From: Terriglobia bacterium
GTDB taxonomy: Bacteria; Acidobacteriota; Terriglobia; Terriglobales; Acidobacteriaceae
Assembly: GCA_041493865.1 (NCBI GenBank)
Contig: JBGPZS010000001.1
Location: forward strand, 1-29,514
Direction: 5' to 3'
DNA length: 29,514 nt
Both the position numbers and the translations under genes were made by a program. Of this stretch, positions 1-7,445 are shown in pieces. A model generated the notes under the pieces. The model was not told the DNA's origin and ran no database searches. It saw only the letters and a list, made by a program, of their open reading frames with translations. How positions within the stretch are numbered: position 1 is the first letter of the stretch; each line of letters begins with the position of its first letter.

Positions 1-177
1 CTCAGGTCCTACGAAGTTGAATCATTTATTGCGGGCTGTACAGAACTACATGTGCTCGCAAGGCAACTGCAAGATCGGGACGGCTGGCATCCTCTATGCA
101 TTGATCCATTGGATTTGCTCGCCCGGCAGATTTCGAATTCGACTGCACTTTTACACAAGTCAGTCAGTTCTCTTTGA
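1..177 (+). CDS. Aspartate/glutamate racemase family protein, C-terminal fragment (runs off the left edge; absent from the ORF track)
   Basis: Frame 1 is open from base 1 to TGA at 175-177: LRSYEVESFIAGCTELHVLARQLQDRDGWHPLCIDPLDLLARQISNSTALLHKSVSSL. It has the (A/L)GCTE(L) second catalytic Cys motif and the downstream IDPLxxLA motif typical of these racemases. Confidence 0.7.
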   Translation, partial: LRSYEVESFIAGCTELHVLARQLQDRDGWHPLCIDPLDLLARQISNSTALLHKSVSSL

Positions 178-507
178 TATGACGATGCTGCAGGGCAGCG
201 ATTCTCAGCTATTAACAGCATTTCCTGAATTCTCACCCTGTGTTGAAAACGTTTCTGCTTCTAACTTCACTGAAGCAACGGCCAGCAAGTTACGGCTTTT
301 CAGGCGCCGAAGTGCTCTGGCCACCATGATCACAACTCCTCCTTTTACCTGGCGGTAACACCGGCTTACTCCCCTCTGTTAGGAATCTCAATTCTTCATC
401 GAACAGTTGGCGTTTCTATTTATCACTCCTAAGTCCCCCGCTGAAGACTCATTCTTGGAGTGAATCCGTCACGTTTGTATGTTGATTACTGCGTCATCCC
501 TCTTGAG

Positions 508-529
508 AAAAAAAGGGGGCTGATCCCCC
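508..529 (-). terminator. Rho-independent terminator-like hairpin on the minus strand
   Basis: Minus strand reads GGGGG-ATCAG-CCCCC-TTTTTTT: a 5-bp G:C stem, a 5-nt loop and a 7-U tail. Confidence 0.45.
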
Positions 530-900
530 ACAATCCCGCCCCCTGCACCCACTTGATAAATTTTGGTACCAGACACCGCTGGCAACTCCCCTCGAAGGGC
601 TTTGCGATCGGACTTGTTAGTGGAACCACCGTACAATAAATTACAATGAATTCGGCATTGTGCGCGTTGCTAGCATTCTAGGCACTGTGTTGTTTGATAC
701 GCTTGGATCCGCATCATTTAACTCCATCTTCCAGAGATCCAACCTGGGAATGGCAAACCGCACGCTCCTGACTTTTTCAGCGGCTTGACATTGACTTGCA
801 GCTCCTCTGATGCTGGCTCGCGCAGGTCTTGCTACTCTAGTACGGGCGGCGTTCAGCACAGCGCCCAACTCGATGACGAATCCAGAGGAACTAACTCCCC

Positions 901-1695
901 ATGATGACGAGTAGTCGCGCAGGCAATTCCGGCCCGAGTTGGTTTGAGCACCTGTCCCTGGCCAGCATACCGTCGCTCCGGTTGTTTTGCTTTCCATACG
1001 CAGGAGGAAGTTCGGAGATATACCGAAGTTGGCAGCGATGGTTCCCTGAGCAGATTGACATCTGTCTGGTTCATTTGCCGGGCCGCGGAAAGCGCATGAA
1101 GGAACAGGCATTTACCCGGCTCATAGCCCTGGTGAATGCGATTGCGGATCGCATGCATCGCGAAACGAATGTCCCCTATGCTCTATATGGACACAGCATG
1201 GGCGCCCTCATAAGCTTCGAACTGGGCCGGGAGCTTTTTCGCAGGCACGGCACAGGACCGAAGCACCTGTTCGTATCGGGCCATTGCGCTCCTCAGTGGC
1301 CGAGAAATGACCCGGCGACATTCAATCTTCCTCCTGACAAATTTGCCGCAGAACTGAAAAAGCTCAACGGCACTCCTAAGGAAATACTCGAAGAGCCTGA
1401 ATTGTTGGAACTGTTCATCCGCCCTCTTAGGGCAGATTTCGAAATTGTCGATACCTATGAGTACCATCCCGGAGAGCTGCTGTCATGTCCCATTACGGTA
1501 TACGGGGGACTCCGTGACGCAAGTGTTCCCGTAGAAAGTTGCCGTGCGTGGCAGGAACAAAGCTCTGCTGGGTGCAAGGTAAGGATGTTGAGCGGAGACC
1601 ACTTCTTCATTCGCGATCCGGAATTGGAGTTTATGAATGCGTTCCGAAACGACATATTAAGCGCTGTTCCCGCTTCACGCGCGCAGGAAGTTTGA
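901..1695 (+). CDS. Type II (editing) thioesterase of NRPS/PKS clusters (GrsT/RifR-like)
   Basis: RLFCFPYAGG, VHLPGRGKR, nucleophile motif YGHSMG, LRADF (acid) and GDHFF (His), forming the standard TEII triad. Confidence 0.95.
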   Translation: MMTSSRAGNSGPSWFEHLSLASIPSLRLFCFPYAGGSSEIYRSWQRWFPEQIDICLVHLPGRGKRMKEQAFTRLIALVNAIADRMHRETNVPYALYGHSMGALISFELGRELFRRHGTGPKHLFVSGHCAPQWPRNDPATFNLPPDKFAAELKKLNGTPKEILEEPELLELFIRPLRADFEIVDTYEYHPGELLSCPITVYGGLRDASVPVESCRAWQEQSSAGCKVRMLSGDHFFIRDPELEFMNAFRNDILSAVPASRAQEV

Positions 1696-2079
1696 CCATT
1701 GGTTTGGCACCCACCATGCCGAGGCCACTTTCCGCAGGCACCGTTTCACATCTGGCAGATCGACGTTGCCATGCCTTTAAACCGGACCCAAATTTGCCGC
1801 AGGTTTTTTTCTTATGGATGAAAATGGGTGTGCCGATCGTTTCTGTTTTGACGGGGATAGGGCCGTTTCATCACTGCTCGCGTGGCCATGAGGACCATTC
1901 TCGTCCAATACCTGAATATTGTGCCGGTAGAAGTTACCTTCTCCTATGAGGCAAAAGACGCCCCAGGGTCTGTGCTATTCTTGCAGTTCAGGCGCATGCC
2001 TGGAGTAAAATAACCCTTCTCGGAAGATTCAAATCGTTCCGACACGCGTTACCATAACGTCTTTTTCCAGGGAGTTAGT

Positions 2080-4017
2080 ATGTCGACCGCGCCAATTGTC
2101 GAATCATTTCAATTTCAGGCTGAAACTGCACAGCTTCTTAACTTGATGATCCATTCTCTCTATACCCAAAGAGAGATATTTCTGCGGGAGCTGATCTCGA
2201 ATGCGTCGGATGCGTTGGACAGACTGCGATTTGAAGCCTTGACCAATCCCGGACTGGTCAAAGACGGGCACAACTATGAGATTCGCCTGAAGCCGGACGC
2301 GGCAGCGCGGACCTTGACCATCAGCGATACGGGGATCGGTATGAGCCGCCAGGAGCTTATGGAACATATCGGGACGATTGCCCGGTCCGGAACACGGGAA
2401 CTGAGCAAACGAATGAAAGAATCTCAGACCGCACCAGCCTTTGGCGACTTAATTGGACAATTCGGAGTTGGTTTTTATTCCGCATTCATGGTGGCGGAAA
2501 AGGTAACCATCCTGACCCGCCGTGCGGGTGAGCCGGGCGCCAGCCAGTGGGAATCCACCGGAGATGGCACCTATACGCTCATGGATGCGCAAAAGGCAAG
2601 TTACGGAACTGACATCATTCTCCATCTCAAGGAAGTTGATGCTGAAAAAGGCATTGAAGACTATACCGATCGCTGGAAACTCTCCATGATTGTCCACAGG
2701 TATTCTGATTTCATTGCCTATCCCATCATCTATGAAGGTCCGCCGCAGGAACCAGGCGAGACAGAGGGAGAAGCCAAAGAAATCAAGATCGAAACCAAGA
2801 CGTTGAACTCAATGAAGCCGATCTGGACGCGCAGCCGGTCGGAGGTCAGCGAAAGCGATTACAACGACTTCTATAAACACCTTTCCAATGACTGGACAAA
2901 TCCGCTTAAAGTATTGTCACTCAAAGCCGAGGGGACTGTGGAATATGAAGCGCTGCTGTTCATCCCTTCGCAAGCTCCTTATGATCTTTTTTACCATGGT
3001 AGCGAAAGCGGCCTCAGGCTATACGCAAAGCGGGTGATGGTCATGGAAAAATGTGAGGACTTGCTGCCCAGGCATCTTCGCTTCATCAAGGGAGTGGTGG
3101 ACTCCAGCGACTTGCCGCTCAATATTTCCCGTCAGCGACTGCAGCAGGACCGGCATATAACCCAGATCCGTAAATGGCTGACCCGTAAAATACTGGATTC
3201 GCTCACCGAAATGCGGGAGCAGGAGGCGGAGAAATACCAGAAGTTCTGGGGTGATTTCGGGAGGGCGTTGAAGGAAGGTGTCAGCTCTGATTATGAAAAT
3301 AAAGAAAAGCTGCTTCCGCTGCTGTTGTTCGAATCCTCGCATGATCCTAAGGAGCTGACTGCTCTCAAGGCCTATATGGAAAGAATGAAGCCGGAGCAAA
3401 CCGAGATCCTGTATCTGACCGGCGAATCGCGCAAGGTCATCGAAAACTCTCCCCACCTTGAGGCGTCGAAACAGAAAGGGTATGAGGTGCTCTATCTCAG
3501 CGATCCGGTGGATGAATTGCTGGTCCAGCATCTCCACGAGTTTGAAGGAAAACGTCTGAAATCCTTAACCAAGGGCCAAGTCCACCTGGGAACGGAAGAA
3601 GAGAAAAAACAGCTCGAAGAGCAGGTCAAGAAGAAAGAAGAGGAATTCGTAAACTTCCTCAAGGCCTGCCAGAAAAAAATGGATGAATACGTGAAGCAGA
3701 TCCGGCTGTCAACGCGTCTGGTCGATTCGCCTGCCTGCTTGGTCACGGAGGAGCATGAGTACAGCCCGCATCTGGAGCGGCTGCTGCAAAAAGGCAAGGG
3801 CAGCGGTCCGAAACAGCGACGCATCATGGAACTAAATTCTGGCCATCCCATCATCGCGCGTATGTACGATCGCTACAATGCGAATAGTGAGGATCCGGCT
3901 GTCGTTGACTCGATTGAACTCCTGTTCGAACTGGCGCTGATTGCCGAGGGCTCCGAGATTGTTGATCCCGTGCGGCTGAATCAACTCACTCTGGGGCTAT
4001 TGCAGAAGACGTTATAG
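2080..4017 (+). CDS. htpG: Molecular chaperone HtpG (Hsp90), full length, 645 aa
   Basis: FQFQAETAQLLNLMIHSLY, IFLRELISNASDALD, SDTGIGM, GTIARSGT, IGQFGVGFYSAF, FIKGVVDSSDLPLNISR. SD-like GGGAG upstream. Confidence 0.97.
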   Translation: MSTAPIVESFQFQAETAQLLNLMIHSLYTQREIFLRELISNASDALDRLRFEALTNPGLVKDGHNYEIRLKPDAAARTLTISDTGIGMSRQELMEHIGTIARSGTRELSKRMKESQTAPAFGDLIGQFGVGFYSAFMVAEKVTILTRRAGEPGASQWESTGDGTYTLMDAQKASYGTDIILHLKEVDAEKGIEDYTDRWKLSMIVHRYSDFIAYPIIYEGPPQEPGETEGEAKEIKIETKTLNSMKPIWTRSRSEVSESDYNDFYKHLSNDWTNPLKVLSLKAEGTVEYEALLFIPSQAPYDLFYHGSESGLRLYAKRVMVMEKCEDLLPRHLRFIKGVVDSSDLPLNISRQRLQQDRHITQIRKWLTRKILDSLTEMREQEAEKYQKFWGDFGRALKEGVSSDYENKEKLLPLLLFESSHDPKELTALKAYMERMKPEQTEILYLTGESRKVIENSPHLEASKQKGYEVLYLSDPVDELLVQHLHEFEGKRLKSLTKGQVHLGTEEEKKQLEEQVKKKEEEFVNFLKACQKKMDEYVKQIRLSTRLVDSPACLVTEEHEYSPHLERLLQKGKGSGPKQRRIMELNSGHPIIARMYDRYNANSEDPAVVDSIELLFELALIAEGSEIVDPVRLNQLTLGLLQKTL

Positions 4018-4133
4018 AATTTCTGGCTATGCTCGGCAGCGATAGGCAATTTCACCGTGAGGCAAAAAAAACCATTTGTAACGCAACGTAGTGGATCGGC
4101 GGCCGAAAATTAAACTCTCTTGGAGAAGCTGAT

Positions 4134-4352
4134 ATGACGAACGATAGCGAGGATAAGACAATTTACAAAGTCGTGCTAAATCATGAGGAACAATACTCAA
4201 TTTGGCCTGCGCACCGGGAGAATGCATTGGGATGGAGAGACGCAGGGAAGAGCGGCACAAAAGAAGAATGCTTGGCTTACATCAAAGAAGTCTGGACGGA
4301 CATGCGGCCGCTGAGCCTGAGAAAAAAAATGCAGGAGCAGGGCCTGAGCTGA
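4134..4352 (+). CDS. mbtH: MbtH-like protein (adenylation-domain activator/chaperone)
   Basis: [39 protein letters not shown], with all three conserved Trp. GGAG SD upstream. Confidence 0.97.
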   Translation: MTNDSEDKTIYKVVLNHEEQYSIWPAHRENALGWRDAGKSGTKEECLAYIKEVWTDMRPLSLRKKMQEQGLS

Positions 4353-4693
4353 ATTAGTTGACGATCACAAGGCAGCCGTCGACACCTCACATACAATTGA
4401 GCCCATCCATGCATGAAATGCAAGCGTGAGGCACTGTCACAGGTGGTAGGAGAGTCCCGCGCCGGATGTCTCTGGTCATCCGTCACAATGCCCGCTGGAA
4501 TCCCTTGATTCGCGTTGCGCATTTCGTCTGTCCCACTGTTCCGGAAATCATCGAGGTTTGGGCTCCACCATCTCCCGCAAAATCTCATATTGATCCATGA
4601 TCCGGGGCCGGTTTTCCCTATGGTCATATGTACTGTGTCCAGTGTTCCTGCATCCAATTTGTTATTCTAAATTTAGAGTTTCTGGAGGTTTTG

Positions 4694-5044
4694 GTGCTTA
4701 ACAAAGCGGGTAAAATGGCGCTGGCAATCACTCTGATGGCGGGAATGCTGTTTCTCGCGGGATGCCCCACGCAAACCAGCGTTGCCGATGTCAGTAAAGA
4801 TCCCGGCCGTTTTGCCGGCAAAGATGTAAGCATTCACGGGACCGTGTCTGACTCGTTTGGCGCGCTCGGCAACGGCGTCTTCCAGATTGATGACGGCACC
4901 GGACGCATGTGGGTTTACAGCCAGAATTTTGGTGTGCCGGGCAATGGCAACAAGGTCGCAGTCACCGGTCGCATTGAGCAGGGCTTTGCTTTTGGCGGTC
5001 GCACCTTCGGTGTAATTCTGCGCCAGACAGAAGCCCGGCATTGA
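4694..5044 (+). CDS. Small lipoprotein with a predicted OB-fold
   Basis: GTG start at 4694 after GGAGG. Hydrophobic signal ends in the lipobox LAGC. The mature part (VSIHGTVSDSF..FQIDDGTGRMWV..VAVTGRI) matches the OB-fold pattern 'F.l.DgTG.i.V'. Confidence 0.7.
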   Translation: MLNKAGKMALAITLMAGMLFLAGCPTQTSVADVSKDPGRFAGKDVSIHGTVSDSFGALGNGVFQIDDGTGRMWVYSQNFGVPGNGNKVAVTGRIEQGFAFGGRTFGVILRQTEARH

Positions 5045-5213
5045 CGAACTGAGTTTCTGGCGTGGCTGCTGCGGCTGATCTATTGCGCCGGCCGTCTGCG
5101 GCCTGCTGCGTGGTCCGGCGGCCGAGCTTTTCGCCAGCGCGTTGTCTGCTCTGTTTGCCGAAGCTTGGTTCTTTGCGAACGCTGCAACTTGCTGTAAGCT
5201 ACTTCATTCCCGC

Positions 5214-5732
5214 ATGCCGGTTTCACTCAACAATTCCGGAGTGGTGTATCAGGCGCTTAAAAAATGCGGCATCGGACTGGTGTCGGCGCTGCCTGAAACC
5301 TGGCTGGTGCACCTGATCCGCATGGCGGAAGACGACCCGCAGATGATCCTGGTGCGGCTGGCCAAAGAGGAAGAAGGCGTTGGCATCTCCGCGGGTGCGC
5401 ATTTTGCCGGCGTGAAATCCGCCATGCTCATGCAGAACCACGGCTTTCTGGCCAGCATTAACGGCATCGTTTCTTTCGCCCAGCTCTACCGTATTCCTTT
5501 GCTGATGGTCATTTCCTATCGCGGCCACTTTGGCGAGCGCGATCCCTGGCAAACGCAGGGTGGCGGTGCCACAGAACCGCTGCTACGCGCCCTGGGGATC
5601 CCCTACTCATTTCTTGACGATCCCGCGAAGGTGGAAAAGCGCATTGCAGAGGTGCAAACCTGGGCGTATGCCAGCCTGCATCCTGCTGCACTGTTGCTCA
5701 CGCGCGAACTCATGTGGGAGGAGCCCGCATGA
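5214..5732 (+). CDS. comD: ThDP-dependent decarboxylase alpha subunit (sulfopyruvate decarboxylase ComD-like, PYR domain)
   Basis: YQALKKCGI..LPETW, KEEEGVGISAGAHFAG (catalytic Glu region), LMQNHGFLASING, PLLMVISYRG. Start placed at ATG 5214; TGA overlaps the next ATG (ATGA). Confidence 0.8.
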   Translation: MPVSLNNSGVVYQALKKCGIGLVSALPETWLVHLIRMAEDDPQMILVRLAKEEEGVGISAGAHFAGVKSAMLMQNHGFLASINGIVSFAQLYRIPLLMVISYRGHFGERDPWQTQGGGATEPLLRALGIPYSFLDDPAKVEKRIAEVQTWAYASLHPAALLLTRELMWEEPA

Positions 5733-6331
5733 TGCAGCGCCTGGAATGCTTGCGCGCGATCTATGACCGCCTCGAGAGCTGCCTGGTGGTGACCATCATG
5801 GGCGCCGTTGCGACTGAGCTGCAATCGCTCGGGCACAAGCCGAATTTTTTCTACCTCCAGCACGCCATGGGCCTGGGCTCTTCCACCGGGCTTGGTTTGG
5901 CGCTCTGCCTGCCGCGTGAAAAAGTTGTGGTCTTTGATGGTGATGGCTCTATCCTGATGAACCTTGGTGGATACACCACGCTCGCGCGCTATCGTCCCCG
6001 GAACCTGGTGCATGTGGTCTTTGACAATGAGAGCCTGCTCTCGGTAGGAGGATTTCCCACGGCGACTTCCACCGGCAGCGATCTGGAAGGTGTAGCGCGC
6101 GCCTCCGGCATCGCGCGCACCAAGACCGTCACCACGATGGAGGAGTTTACGCATGCCTTTGACGATGCCATGCGCGCCAACGAGCTCACGTCCATCGTTG
6201 CAAAGGTCGAAGCAGTTGGGCCGAAAGGGTACGTGACCGAGCTGTCATTGCTGGAGAACCGGTTTCAGTTCAAGCGGTATATAGAAAAATCCACCACGGA
6301 GACACGGAGGCACGGAGAAAAAGGAAGCTAA
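5729..6331 (+). CDS. comE: ThDP-dependent decarboxylase beta subunit (ComE-like, PP domain)
   Basis: AMGLGSSTGLGLAL, ThDP-binding motif FDGDGSILMNLG...VFDN. Translationally coupled to the alpha gene (ATGA at 5729-5732). Confidence 0.8.
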   Translation: MMQRLECLRAIYDRLESCLVVTIMGAVATELQSLGHKPNFFYLQHAMGLGSSTGLGLALCLPREKVVVFDGDGSILMNLGGYTTLARYRPRNLVHVVFDNESLLSVGGFPTATSTGSDLEGVARASGIARTKTVTTMEEFTHAFDDAMRANELTSIVAKVEAVGPKGYVTELSLLENRFQFKRYIEKSTTETRRHGEKGS

Positions 6332-6449
6332 GGTCGGGAGAAAGCTGCTTCCGTGTTTCTTCCCTGCGCTGCCAGAACATCTTCGAAGTTTCGCGTCGCT
6401 TTTCTGATCCTGCAATTTCTCCGTGTCTCCGTGCCTCCGTGGTGGATTT
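6287..6449. repeat. REP/MITE-like inverted repeat pair (34-bp arms built from CACGGAG units)
   Basis: Left arm 6287-6320 AAATCCACCACGGAGACACGGAGGCACGGAGAAA. The right arm 6416-6449 is its reverse complement with 2 mismatches. The spacer is ~95 bp. Confidence 0.85.
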
Positions 6450-6473
6450 GCTTTTTTCGAGAGGAGTCAATCC

Positions 6474-7256
6474 ATGTCACAGATCCTCGCTGAACTCATC
6501 ACCCAACTCAACAGCGGCGCGCTACGTGTGGTCGATCTCACGCAGCCGCTGAGCCCGCAGACGCCGTTATTGCCGCTGCCAACGCAATGGCCGAACACGC
6601 CGGCGTTCAAGATCTGGGAGCTTTCCCACTATGACGATCGTGGCCCGGCGTGGTACTGGAACGGTTTTGAGACCGGCGAACACACGGGCACGCATTTTGA
6701 CGCGCCGATTCACTGGGTCAGCGGCAAAGACTTGCCGGAGAACAGCGTCGACAAAATCAATCCCAAGAAATTTGTTGGCCCGGCCTGCGTGATTGACGTC
6801 ACCACCGACGTGGTTCGCGACCCCGATTTCCTGCTTACCGTTGACCGCGTGAAACAGTGGGAGAGCCAGCACGGGCGCATTCCCGCGGGCGCGTGGATGC
6901 TGCTCCGTACTGGCTGGTCCAGTCGCACCGATCCGAAGCAATACATCAACCTGCAGGACGATGGACCGCATACGCCCGGCTTTGTAAAGGCATGCTCTGA
7001 TTTCCTGGCTAAAGAGCGAGACGTTCTCGGAGTTGGCGTTGAGACGGTTGGCACCGACGCTGGACGCGCCTCGACCTTCGATCCGCCCTTTCCGAACCAC
7101 TATGTGATGCACGGCAGCGGCAAGTTTGGACTGGCTGGGTTGTGCAACCTTGACCAGTTGCCGCCGACGGGCGCAGTGGTTATTGCCGCGCCGCTGAAGA
7201 TTGTGAATGGTTCGGGCAGCCCGCTGCGCGCGATTGCGATCACGCCTGTTTTGTAA
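6474..7256 (+). CDS. Cyclase-family metal-dependent hydrolase, isatin hydrolase/kynurenine formamidase type
   Basis: GAGGAG SD then ATG 6474. GEHTGTHFDAP (HxGTHxDxP) metal motif, DPDFLLT, GPHTPG, GTDAG, PPFP.H, APLKIVNGSGSPLRA. The overall pattern is what I recall for isatin hydrolases. Confidence 0.85.
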   Translation: MSQILAELITQLNSGALRVVDLTQPLSPQTPLLPLPTQWPNTPAFKIWELSHYDDRGPAWYWNGFETGEHTGTHFDAPIHWVSGKDLPENSVDKINPKKFVGPACVIDVTTDVVRDPDFLLTVDRVKQWESQHGRIPAGAWMLLRTGWSSRTDPKQYINLQDDGPHTPGFVKACSDFLAKERDVLGVGVETVGTDAGRASTFDPPFPNHYVMHGSGKFGLAGLCNLDQLPPTGAVVIAAPLKIVNGSGSPLRAIAITPVL

Positions 7257-7257
7257 T

Positions 7258-7440
7258 CCCGAGCGCAGCGAGGGAACCTATAGAGACCAGAATCTGCGGG
7301 CTTACATAGGATGTCGTTCGGCCGTTATTGGTGAAATGGAAATCTAATGGCCACAAGTGGCGCTGGTTTGCGGCCTCGTGGTTATAAGGATCCCTCGCTT
7401 TGCTCGGGCAGAAAGAACTTCTCTGTGTCTCCGTGGTGAA
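7258..7440. repeat. Second REP-like inverted repeat pair plus a partial copy of the CACGGAG family
   Basis: 7258-7279 CCCGAGCGCAGCGAGGGAACCT versus 7387-7408 AGGATCCCTCGCTTTGCTCGGG (22-bp arms, 3 mismatches). 7421-7440 CTCTGTGTCTCCGTGGTGAA resembles the 6416-6449 arm. Confidence 0.75.
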
Positions 7441-7445
7441 AGCGC

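Noticed and set aside
641-1111. 156-aa minus-strand ORF overlapping TEII
   Set aside because: It has no recognisable motif, overlaps a confident gene in antisense, and has no SD-linked start in the non-overlapping part.
891-2079. Shared 10-mer GGGAGTTAGT (minus strand just upstream of the TEII start; plus strand before htpG)
   Set aside because: It is a single short match in opposite orientations and is partly explained by the SD. Chance is a sufficient explanation.
1696-2079. Heat-shock regulatory element before htpG
   Set aside because: I found no CIRCE (TTAGCACTC-N9-GAGTGCTAA) and no convincing sigma-32 promoter.
4277-4657. 126-aa minus-strand ORF after mbtH
   Set aside because: It overlaps mbtH in antisense, has an atypical composition, and shows no transposase or other motif.
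5214-6331. Reading the ThDP pair as phosphonopyruvate decarboxylase tailoring the NRPS product
   Set aside because: There is no PEP mutase or other phosphonate gene in the window. The pair lies beyond the apparent island edge and is followed on the same strand by a cyclase instead. This cannot be fully excluded without the upstream sequence.
6287-7440. CRISPR-like array from the repeated CACGGAG units
   Set aside because: The units are inverted arms with no regular unique spacers, and there are no cas genes.
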